Below are positions 34,346 through 42,518 of a DNA stretch of 64,000 nt, piece after piece. A program made the translations under genes and the position numbers. Below the pieces are notes generated by a model. It saw only the letters and a list, made by a program, of their open reading frames with translations. It searched no databases and had not been told where the DNA came from. This DNA comes from Bacteroidales bacterium UBA1392 (GTDB taxonomy: Bacteria; Bacteroidota; Bacteroidia; Bacteroidales; UBA932): contig DBQO01000020.1 of NCBI GenBank assembly GCA_002305275.1, forward strand, positions 2,963 through 66,962, read 5' to 3'. The stretch's first letter is position 1. Each line of letters opens with the position of its first letter.

Positions 34346-36070
34346 ATGAAAACCAGACTGGCGCAACTTTATAGACCTAAATTTTTCGAACTTTTTCAGA
34401 AAGGTAAATACGACAAACAGACTTTTGTACAGGATTTTATTGCGGGAGTAATTGTTGGTATAGTGGCTCTACCTCTTGCAATCGCTTTCGGTATCGCTTC
34501 CGGTGTTACACCACAACAGGGTTTGATTACCGCCGTTGTTGCCGGTTTTCTTACATCTTTATTAGGAGGGTCACATTTCCTGATAGGGGGTCCGACCGGA
34601 GCTTTTATCGTAATAGTGGCCGGCATTGTGGGAGAATTTGGAATCCAGGGTCTCATAATAGCTACCATTCTGGCGGGAATCATGCTGGTATTTATGGGGA
34701 TCTTCAAGCTGGGAACTTTGATAAAATTCATCCCTTATCCCATTATCATAGGTTTCACTTCGGGCATAGCCGTAACTATCTTTTCTACCCAGATCAAAGA
34801 TTTCTTTGGTATGACTATGGCGGAAGTCCCTTCCAGTTTTCTTGCCAAATGGGGTGCTTACTTCACCCATCTGGGTTCGATTTCCATTTCCGAGACTTTG
34901 ATGTCTCTTTTCTGCCTTGCCATAATCATTTTCTGGCCACGAGTCACTAAAAAAGTACCCGGCTCTCTGATCGCCATAATTGTAGGGACATTTATCTCAC
35001 TGCTGCTTTCCCGCTTTGCAGGAATAGACTTTGCAACAATAGGCAGCAAGTTTCCGGAACTTGCGGGAGGAATAGCAATTCCTGAGCCGGTAGCACCGAA
35101 AATCACCCTCGACAACGCCGTCAAACTCTTTCAGCCGGCATTTACCATTGCAATACTTTGTGCAATCGAGTCACTCCTTGCTGCGATGGTTGCAGACGGT
35201 GTTACCGGTAAGCGCCATAACTCCAATACCGAACTTATAGGACAGGGAATCACCAACATCATTACTCCTCTTTTCGGAGGAATTCCTGCCACCGGAGCCA
35301 TTGCACGCACCATGACCAATATCAACAACGGGGGTAAAACTCCCGTAGCAGGTATTATTCATTCCTTAGTGCTACTGATGATTTTCCTCTTCCTCATGCC
35401 TTATGCCATCTACATACCGCTCTCTTGTCTTGCAGCAATCCTTGTAATGGTAGCCTACAATATGAGTGAGTGGAGGACATTCAGGTATCTCCTCAAAGGC
35501 GACAGGGCCGATGTGATTGTGTTGCTGATTACCTTCTTCCTGACAGTGCTCATTGACCTGACTGTAGCTATTGAAGTAGGTCTCCTGATGGCTATCATAC
35601 TCTTTGTAAAACGCGTTTCCGAGACCTCTTCCATTACTGTTATTGAGACCGATTATCTGGCTGCAACTGAGAATGAAGAAAAAGCCCAGTTGGATAGTAC
35701 CGAACAACTTTCAGTTCCCAAAGGCGTAGAGATCTTTGAAATCGACGGACCCTTCTTTTTCGGGCTTGCCAGCAAGATTGACGAGCTTGACCGCACTACC
35801 AAACAAGATGTAGTCAAAGTACGCATAATACGTATGCGCAAGGTACCCTTTATCGATTCCACAGGGGTAAATAACCTTCGCAGCCTCTACAAACGTTCAA
35901 AGAAATCCGGTATTCAAGTTGTTCTCTCCGGAGTCCAGGATAATGTCTATGCTTCACTCGATAAGTTCGGTTTACTCCATGAAATAGGCAAGGAGTATGT
36001 TTTCCCTCACATTATCCCGGCTCTGGCAAAAGCCACCGAGATGGTGATGGTGAGTGAGAAGAAAAGGTAG
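34346..36070 (+). CDS. SulP-family anion transporter with C-terminal STAS domain
   Basis: 574 aa. Has the SulP N-terminal signature region (AGVIVGIVALPLAIAFGIASG), about 10-12 TM helices, and a STAS-like tail (FEIDGPFFFG...IDSTG). Confidence 0.9.
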   Translation: MKTRLAQLYRPKFFELFQKGKYDKQTFVQDFIAGVIVGIVALPLAIAFGIASGVTPQQGLITAVVAGFLTSLLGGSHFLIGGPTGAFIVIVAGIVGEFGIQGLIIATILAGIMLVFMGIFKLGTLIKFIPYPIIIGFTSGIAVTIFSTQIKDFFGMTMAEVPSSFLAKWGAYFTHLGSISISETLMSLFCLAIIIFWPRVTKKVPGSLIAIIVGTFISLLLSRFAGIDFATIGSKFPELAGGIAIPEPVAPKITLDNAVKLFQPAFTIAILCAIESLLAAMVADGVTGKRHNSNTELIGQGITNIITPLFGGIPATGAIARTMTNINNGGKTPVAGIIHSLVLLMIFLFLMPYAIYIPLSCLAAILVMVAYNMSEWRTFRYLLKGDRADVIVLLITFFLTVLIDLTVAIEVGLLMAIILFVKRVSETSSITVIETDYLAATENEEKAQLDSTEQLSVPKGVEIFEIDGPFFFGLASKIDELDRTTKQDVVKVRIIRMRKVPFIDSTGVNNLRSLYKRSKKSGIQVVLSGVQDNVYASLDKFGLLHEIGKEYVFPHIIPALAKATEMVMVSEKKR

Positions 36071-36087
36071 CCTTCCGGAAAATAGAA

Positions 36088-37374
36088 TTACCTAAAAAAA
36101 TTTTCCACTTTTGTGATTACCCCTTCGTCTGATGCCATGGCAATAAGGGAGGGCTTTAGGTAGACTACCTTGTGGTCGCGTTTGAAGCGCTCTTCTCCTC
36201 CGCCCGTGATATTAAGCATGGTAATCGCATCTTTTGGCATTTTCCCTGCATTGAAAGCATTGATCATGCCTTTCATGGCAACAGCTGATGCCGGATGTAT
36301 GTCAATCCCCTCAGTACGCAGGAATAGTGCCTGCATCTCCTTGATATCATTGTTGTCAGCAAGTTCCATATCTCCTCCGGCATCACTCATTGCATCATAG
36401 AGACCTCCGGCTACTGCGTAAGGGGGTCTTCTATTTGAAAGTACCTTGGCATCGATTGCAATTGCCTTGATGCGTGCCTCTTCGTCATCCATCGGCAGAA
36501 GAGTCTTGCTGCCTGCCTTCCAGGCATCATACATAGGAGTAAAGGGGATGTTTTGTGAAGGGAACAGTTTCATTTTATGGTTGCCGAAACGGCCATCCTC
36601 TATCAGTCGGAGATTGGCCTCCCAGGCAGCTATGGCTCCTGTGCCGCTTCCGATTGACTGGAAATAGCAATCGGGAATACGTCCGATTACCTCGGCCGCA
36701 GAAAGGACTGTTGTTGCCATACCATCCCTACGGGCCACATTCTTTGCTCCGCCTTCGGCAAAAAACTTCTCTGAGGTACACACTTTATCGGCCAGGGCAA
36801 TTGCATCGTAATAGTCACTGCCTTTCGGTGAACAGATAAGTTGTACACAGTCGTTAATGGGTTTTTCAAACCACAAAGCATCGATATTGTCCTCCGGGAC
36901 ACTCAGCAACAGGGGAATATTATTTTCAGAGCAGACCTTGGCAAAGGATCTTGCCGTATTACCTGCTGATGCCACTACCAATATTCCGCTCTTATTAGGT
37001 GAGAGCCTGCCACATACGGAATAGGCCTCCGTCTCCTTGAATGAACCTGTAGTCATATATGCATCCTTCTCCGGCCAGTAACCTGAAAAGGCAATATAGA
37101 GGTTGGAAAGGCCGAGATGCGAAGCAAGAGCCTCGCTTTTATATGTACGGGTTGCGGATGAGCCTTTGAGAGTCCGGCTTATGGGAAGCCAGTCGGCAAA
37201 ACGGTATATACCCTCTTCCTGACTTCCAAAGTCAATCTGTTTCTTTTCGTAAATGGCTCTGATAAGTGAAGGTTCCGTGCCCTGCGGGTCTGCAAGTAGC
37301 CAACCTGTGTCCTCAAATTGGCGGCCTGTGGCCACGTTTTCAAGCATATACTTTGTGGGTTTGAATTTCTTCAT
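36088..37374 (-). CDS. threonine-synthase-fold PLP enzyme, cysteate synthase-like
   Basis: 428 aa. PLP-lysine context TGSFKETEA. The block TYKSEALASHLGLSNLYIAFSGYWPE matches what I remember of archaeal/Bacteroidota cysteate synthase (TIGR03844) rather than canonical ThrC. Not verified by search. Confidence 0.55.
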   Translation of the reverse strand: MKKFKPTKYMLENVATGRQFEDTGWLLADPQGTEPSLIRAIYEKKQIDFGSQEEGIYRFADWLPISRTLKGSSATRTYKSEALASHLGLSNLYIAFSGYWPEKDAYMTTGSFKETEAYSVCGRLSPNKSGILVVASAGNTARSFAKVCSENNIPLLLSVPEDNIDALWFEKPINDCVQLICSPKGSDYYDAIALADKVCTSEKFFAEGGAKNVARRDGMATTVLSAAEVIGRIPDCYFQSIGSGTGAIAAWEANLRLIEDGRFGNHKMKLFPSQNIPFTPMYDAWKAGSKTLLPMDDEEARIKAIAIDAKVLSNRRPPYAVAGGLYDAMSDAGGDMELADNNDIKEMQALFLRTEGIDIHPASAVAMKGMINAFNAGKMPKDAITMLNITGGGEERFKRDHKVVYLKPSLIAMASDEGVITKVENFFR

Positions 37375-37462
37375 ATCTCTCTTATTTTATTACACATTAC
37401 TTTATCTTTTCATTCTTTCCTTTGCTTCTAAATACTTTCCACTCCATACTCCTCAATCAAAA
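37375..37462 (-). repeat. C-poor, heptamer-periodic spacer (minus-strand sense: TGAGGAG TATGGAG TGGAAAG TATTTAG ...)
   Basis: Read directly on the minus strand downstream of the TAG stop at 37463-37465. The periodicity is degenerate. Confidence 0.5.
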
Positions 37463-39298
37463 CTATTCCTCTTCTTCAATCAGACTTTCGGCAATAACTT
37501 GTGCAAAGTCAACTACCTTAATATCCGATTGCTTGCTAAATGTCTTCATACATAGCGGGCATGCGGTCACAATCCTGTCGGGGGAGTTGGCAGTAAGGTT
37601 GCGAATGGAATTCTCCGTAATGCGTCCTCTCTCTTCATGTGTGAGGGTAAGACTGCCCAGAGAACCACCACAGCAGATGCTCTCTTTTCGCTCTTTAGTT
37701 GCCGGCACCAACTCAGCAACCCTGGATAGAGCATTGCGGGGTGCATCATATATACCGCATCCACGCCCAAGTTCACAGGGATCGTGATATACGTACCTGA
37801 GCTCCCGTTTTCTCAATTTTATGACCCCTTCAGCGGCCAGTTGCTCGAAATACTCGGTGTAGTGCATCACCTGCACTCCTTCCAGATTGTAATCTTCCTT
37901 GAATATCCTATAGCAGATAGCACAGGATACCAACAGTATGGGTACACCGCTCTCCTTAATGATCCGGGTATTTTTCTCTATCAGTTTCTTCGCTTCCTCG
38001 GTGCGACCTGAGAGCAGTAAAGGTCTTCCACAGCAGACGGTCCCTTGCGAATCCATCAGAGTAAAATCTATATCTGCGTTTGTCAGCACTTTCTGCACCG
38101 ATTGTGAAATCGTCGGCGTCAAAGAGCTCATACAGCCTGCATAATAGAGAACCTTCTCTCCACCTACCGAAATTGCGGAGGTCAGCGCTCCATTAGGGAG
38201 CTTGTCGAGATAGCTGAAGTCCTGTTTGATATTGTAGGGCTGTTGCTTGCGGAGTGCCAGTCGTAGGTCTATTGCCGATATGTTGATGGGGCATAGGACC
38301 GAACATTTGCCACACATCAGGCACTTGTCGGCAATCGCCAGCGCCCGTGGCTGGTTTCTTCTTTTGAGTTGACGTATGTAGTAGACGGTGGTATTCTTGA
38401 GTCCCGCCTTATCAACACTCATGGGGCAGGCATCCAGACAAACACCGCAGCTCGGACAGGTGTAGAGCTCAGCAAGAGCATACCCCTTGCGTGGCCTCCG
38501 TACCCTGAGTCCCGCATTTTTTAGTGGGATCAAGAGTATCTCCGCGGGAATATGCATGTATCGGGTAAATGGAAGTACCATCATAAAGGTACCCAATGCG
38601 ATTGAGTAGGCCCACCAGGCTATAGTGAAATTTTCAGGTTTGCTGAGGATGCTGGCAAAGAGCCAGTTGACAGGTACGGTGAGAAAACTGCCTCCGCCCA
38701 CACCTGCGGTAAATCCTTCGGCTATCAGCCTAAGGGGAAATATAGCCCAGAGTGAGTAGAGTCCTACCCGATCCAGCAGAGTTAGTTTGGTAGTTCTCCG
38801 CATGCCCATCAATTTGGAACGGAAACGCTTGATAATGGCGAGAATTATACCGCTAAGCACTACCAATAGGAAAAAGTCCATCAGGAAAAAGAGGAGCGAG
38901 CCCTTGAGGGTCGTACTCTCCACTGCCATGAAGTAGCGGAAAAATATAGGATAATAAAACAATCCGCCCCTTTCGGGAATATAGAGGAATGTCTCAATGT
39001 GACCGATGACAATCAGCATAAACCAGCCGAAGGCAATGCTGGAGTGCATATATCCCAGCACCTTGTTGCGCTTCCATAACTTTACGTGCAAAAGGGAGTC
39101 GTAAAACAAGTCACGGAAATTCTTTGCAATTATTACAGGATTGACAAGAGATTTGTAGAGCTTGATGCGGTCTGCACGCTCAAGCTGGACAATGATTTTA
39201 ATCAGACCTATGATGCACCATAGGATTACGAAAATCATTCCTATCATGAAAGGGAGCACAAAGTAGTCGAACCCCGATATGAACCTCTCTCTCATCAT
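37463..39298 (-). CDS. membrane-anchored Fe-S/CCG-domain oxidoreductase (fusion of an HdrE/DsrM-like membrane domain with an HdrD/DsrK-like domain)
   Basis: 611 aa. The N-terminal ~250 aa carry about 5-6 hydrophobic helices with conserved His residues. Two 4Fe-4S motifs follow (CPSCGVCLDACP, CLMCGKCSVLCP). Then come two canonical CCG domains (C..VCCGRPL..CAIC and C..ICCGGSLG..CPLC). Confidence 0.8.
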   Translation of the reverse strand: MMRERFISGFDYFVLPFMIGMIFVILWCIIGLIKIIVQLERADRIKLYKSLVNPVIIAKNFRDLFYDSLLHVKLWKRNKVLGYMHSSIAFGWFMLIVIGHIETFLYIPERGGLFYYPIFFRYFMAVESTTLKGSLLFFLMDFFLLVVLSGIILAIIKRFRSKLMGMRRTTKLTLLDRVGLYSLWAIFPLRLIAEGFTAGVGGGSFLTVPVNWLFASILSKPENFTIAWWAYSIALGTFMMVLPFTRYMHIPAEILLIPLKNAGLRVRRPRKGYALAELYTCPSCGVCLDACPMSVDKAGLKNTTVYYIRQLKRRNQPRALAIADKCLMCGKCSVLCPINISAIDLRLALRKQQPYNIKQDFSYLDKLPNGALTSAISVGGEKVLYYAGCMSSLTPTISQSVQKVLTNADIDFTLMDSQGTVCCGRPLLLSGRTEEAKKLIEKNTRIIKESGVPILLVSCAICYRIFKEDYNLEGVQVMHYTEYFEQLAAEGVIKLRKRELRYVYHDPCELGRGCGIYDAPRNALSRVAELVPATKERKESICCGGSLGSLTLTHEERGRITENSIRNLTANSPDRIVTACPLCMKTFSKQSDIKVVDFAQVIAESLIEEEE

Positions 39299-39302
39299 AA
39301 TG

Positions 39303-39629
39303 TCAGATCTTGTATATTTTACATATTGAAAGGATCAGATGCCTCGTATTGATGCCTCTGGGGCAGACGATATGGCACTTGCCGCAAAGCATGCAGGACT
39401 TGAGCTGGGGAAGAAGATCCTTTTCGCATCCGCGTTGAAGGCTGAGCAGTACTTTTCTGAGATTGACATCTGTGAAAACACCTGCGGTACAACTTGCAGC
39501 GCAAGATCCACATGAGATACATTTCAATGCATCAGGTTCCATGGCACACAATTCATCGAATAGATGCATATTGGCATCATCGATATCAAGTGTAGAACTC
39601 GGTGTAAGATTATATCCGAAATCTATCAT
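39303..39629 (-). CDS. HdrC-like 2x[4Fe-4S] ferredoxin-domain protein
   Basis: 108 aa with CISCGSCAASC and CMLCGKCHIVCP. The ATG overlaps the upstream stop (TAATG). Confidence 0.75.
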   Translation of the reverse strand: MIDFGYNLTPSSTLDIDDANMHLFDELCAMEPDALKCISCGSCAASCTAGVFTDVNLRKVLLSLQRGCEKDLLPQLKSCMLCGKCHIVCPRGINTRHLILSICKIYKI

Positions 39630-40642
39630 TAAACCTCTTGTTTGAAATAGTGATCAATGGCCATAGCTGCCGCTCTGGCTTCATTGAGGGTCTCAGGAAT
39701 GGTTTTGGGACCGGTGGCAGCACCGGCAAAAAATATCCCCTTGCTATGGCTCTCAGTCGTACGGAAGAGCATATCCCGGGGCATGAAAAAACCATCTTCT
39801 CCGAGATGTACCCCGGTCATGGAGGCAATTTCGCGGTTTTCGTCATTAGGGGACATACCGGCCATAAGTACCAGAAGGTCCATAGTGACACGTATCGGTT
39901 TGCCGATAAGTGTATCTTCCGCCTTAACGACAAGTCTTCCCTCAATATTTTCAGAGACCTCCGAAACCCTGCCACGAACAAAGAGTATCCCATATTTGCG
40001 CTGGGCATTGAGGTAGAGATCCTCATATTTCCGGCCAAACATCCTCAAGTCCATATAGAAACAGTAAACGGTGGCGTCAGGATAGAGTTCCTTCATCTCG
40101 CAGGCCTGTTTGATGGCAGTAGCACAGCACACTTTAGAGCATTGGCGGTTGCCCGCTTTTTCATCTCTGGAGCCCACACAGTGGACAAAACCTATAACCT
40201 TCGGATCTTTTATCCTCGGATCTTCTCCCGTATTGAAGAAATCCTCGAGATCAGCATTTGTAATAACGTGGTTATATATGCCGTATCCGTATTCCTCTTT
40301 CTTCTCAGCCGGGAACAAAGAAAATCCTGTGGTAAAAAGAAGGGCATCTGCCTGTATCGAAATGCCATTGGAGCAGATTGCTACATATAGATGTTTGAGC
40401 TTGTTGATTGAGACTATATCCGTATCGGTAAACCATTTGATCCCATCCATATCGGAGGTAAGGGAGTTGAGAAGCTCCTCGGTAGATTCCCCATCCGGAA
40501 AGAGTTTATGCCACTTGGCAAGATGGCCTCCAAGGTGGGACTCTTTTTCGATAAGAATTGGAGTGTGGCCGAAATCGCGTATTTTGCGAGAAGCTTCTAT
40601 GCCGGCAGGACCTCCGCCAATTATAAGTACATTTCGTTTCAT
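39629..40642 (-). CDS. short HdrA-like FAD/[4Fe-4S] flavoprotein
   Basis: 337 aa. Dinucleotide fold IIGGGPAGIEAS. HdrA cluster signature CVGSRDEKAGNRQCSKVCC (CxGxRDx8CSxxCC). Confidence 0.8.
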   Translation of the reverse strand: MKRNVLIIGGGPAGIEASRKIRDFGHTPILIEKESHLGGHLAKWHKLFPDGESTEELLNSLTSDMDGIKWFTDTDIVSINKLKHLYVAICSNGISIQADALLFTTGFSLFPAEKKEEYGYGIYNHVITNADLEDFFNTGEDPRIKDPKVIGFVHCVGSRDEKAGNRQCSKVCCATAIKQACEMKELYPDATVYCFYMDLRMFGRKYEDLYLNAQRKYGILFVRGRVSEVSENIEGRLVVKAEDTLIGKPIRVTMDLLVLMAGMSPNDENREIASMTGVHLGEDGFFMPRDMLFRTTESHSKGIFFAGAATGPKTIPETLNEARAAAMAIDHYFKQEV

Positions 40643-40658
40643 TGAGTCATCTATTATA

Positions 40659-41729
40659 TCAACAACACTTGATGTTCATGGGAAATTCCGGCATTTTGAG
40701 GATTTTACCCCCACTGCCTTTATATTTATCTTCTTTGTTGTATTTTATTCCCATCTTATCCAGCAGGGGCTCTACTGCCACCTGATGCATCTGGAGTCCG
40801 AGATCCCAGGGATCATATCCCAACACCAGACCTGCAACCTCTTCATAGGTAAATACAGGAATGCCATAACCGTTTTCGCCATAGGTTTTACCGGTCTGTT
40901 CGGCGATCACATATTGCCATCTGTCCATGAAATAGGGGCACCCCGGACAGTTGGTAATGATCATGTCGGGCTTGTAAGGCTCCATCGATTCAAATTTCTT
41001 GTGAGTGTTGGACATCGAGTAACCGCGATTGGCTTTGACCAGATATTGCCTGAAACCAAATCCGCAGCAATGTCTGCGCTCCGGATAATCTATCACTTCT
41101 CCACCCCAGGAATCTATCATACCGGCAAGTACATAGGGATATTCCGCACCACCTACACCCTTTGAGGGGAACATTTTGGAATAGTGGCATCCTATATGCT
41201 CCACAACCCTCAGCGGCTCGCCTGTAAATTTATTGACAAGACGGTGCTTCGCCCTGGCAGCTATCTCGTTGCGAAATTTGTAAATGATGTCACTGGCGTG
41301 AGCAAGATATTCAGGCTTTTGCAATTCGCGTCTGCAAGATTTCCAGAGGTGCTCCCTTATTTTATCTTCAAGATCGGGAAAAGTCCTCCAGTCTTCCAGT
41401 ACCTCAGTGTAGAGACCAAATGAGGTAATGCAGGAACAAACGTAATTTTTGTAGCCGTGTTCAGCCATAAGAGCAAATTGGCGGGCTATGATAGTCATCA
41501 TTGTTTCCTGCGGTAGTGCCTCGGAGTGGTAGGCAATGCCTCCGCAAGTGGTATGATGTTCGGTTTCGAAAAAATCTTTACCGAGTTTGTTGCGAACTAT
41601 GTCGAGGAATGCCACTTCCGATCCCGGAAAAAAACTTTGGCGTATGCAACTTCTTACATAAAACCAGTGGTCATCGGGAATCTCTTTCTGGTAGTCCGAC
41701 CATATTTTCTGTTTCCCCTGAAATATCAT
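40659..41729 (-). CDS. HdrB-like CCG-domain protein
   Basis: 356 aa. The C-terminal CCG domain is canonical (GCHYS...HCCGFG...NCPGC). The N-terminal one is degenerate (SCIRQ...TTCGG...VCSC). Confidence 0.75.
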   Translation of the reverse strand: MIFQGKQKIWSDYQKEIPDDHWFYVRSCIRQSFFPGSEVAFLDIVRNKLGKDFFETEHHTTCGGIAYHSEALPQETMMTIIARQFALMAEHGYKNYVCSCITSFGLYTEVLEDWRTFPDLEDKIREHLWKSCRRELQKPEYLAHASDIIYKFRNEIAARAKHRLVNKFTGEPLRVVEHIGCHYSKMFPSKGVGGAEYPYVLAGMIDSWGGEVIDYPERRHCCGFGFRQYLVKANRGYSMSNTHKKFESMEPYKPDMIITNCPGCPYFMDRWQYVIAEQTGKTYGENGYGIPVFTYEEVAGLVLGYDPWDLGLQMHQVAVEPLLDKMGIKYNKEDKYKGSGGKILKMPEFPMNIKCC

Positions 41730-41745
41730 TTCGTTGCTTTTAAAA

Positions 41746-42441
41746 TTAACGGTTTAGATGATCCTTCTCTGTCTCCTCAAATGCCTTTTTTTCATATTCG
41801 TCGTAGGGGAGACCCATCTCTTTTGCTTTTATCTTAGAGGCCTCTTCTATTATCTCCATACGGCGCGTAGCGCCGGTCTGGTCAAATATCGCCTTGAGTT
41901 CTGCAAGCGATTCATCGGGTATCTTTCTTAAAATACCGGGTCCCTTTCCGTCGAAATTGGCACCGAGGCGCTCGTAGACCTCCTCCATGTTTTCATTCAC
42001 CCATTTGCCCGTCAGGCCATATTCAGGGTGTTCGCTATAGTGAAATGTTCGCGGATAGACGCAATAGCCATAGTTGAGTATATTGTTCTGCATACGGCGG
42101 GTCAATGGGAGCATTTGTCGTCCCTTTTCGCTTTCCACGAAATAACCCATTTCAATTGAGAGCGATCTTAGAGCCATTACCACAAGTCCGGGAGCATTGC
42201 GTCTGGGACAGCGTGTCACGCAGGACATGCACTCGCCACAGTACCATATCTGTTCACCCTTAAGTAATTCTTCTATTTGAGCGTCATCCTGGCTCTGGAC
42301 AATGTTGACTATGTTTTTAGGATTGTATTTGTAGAACTCGGCTGCCGGACAGATCGCAGTACAGGTACCGCAGTTGATACAGGCTTTCAAACCCTCTTTA
42401 ATGCGATAATCTTGGATCAATTTTTCGTATAGTTTGCCCAT
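41746..42441 (-). CDS. HdrC-like 2x[4Fe-4S] protein
   Basis: 231 aa with CINCGTCTAICP and CGECMSCVTRCP. Confidence 0.75.
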   Translation of the reverse strand: MGKLYEKLIQDYRIKEGLKACINCGTCTAICPAAEFYKYNPKNIVNIVQSQDDAQIEELLKGEQIWYCGECMSCVTRCPRRNAPGLVVMALRSLSIEMGYFVESEKGRQMLPLTRRMQNNILNYGYCVYPRTFHYSEHPEYGLTGKWVNENMEEVYERLGANFDGKGPGILRKIPDESLAELKAIFDQTGATRRMEIIEEASKIKAKEMGLPYDEYEKKAFEETEKDHLNR

Positions 42442-42463
42442 ACAGTTTTGGTTTTAGATAGGG

Positions 42464-42471
42464 CAAAGTTA
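42464..42471 (-). promoter_or_regulatory. candidate -7 promoter box for the Hdr-like cluster
   Basis: The minus strand reads TAACTTTG, 22 nt upstream of ATG 42441, in the 77-nt gap after carB. Confidence 0.4.
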
Positions 42472-42518
42472 ACAAAAAACCTATACAAACTACATAAATG
42501 CAAATAAAACCCGCTCTC

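Noticed and set aside
40110-41165. 351-aa plus-strand ORF (also 39638-40390 and 39657-40016)
   Set aside because: These are antisense shadow ORFs inside the HdrA-like and HdrB-like genes. Their composition is low-complexity and they have no motifs. The minus-strand genes carry clear cofactor motifs.
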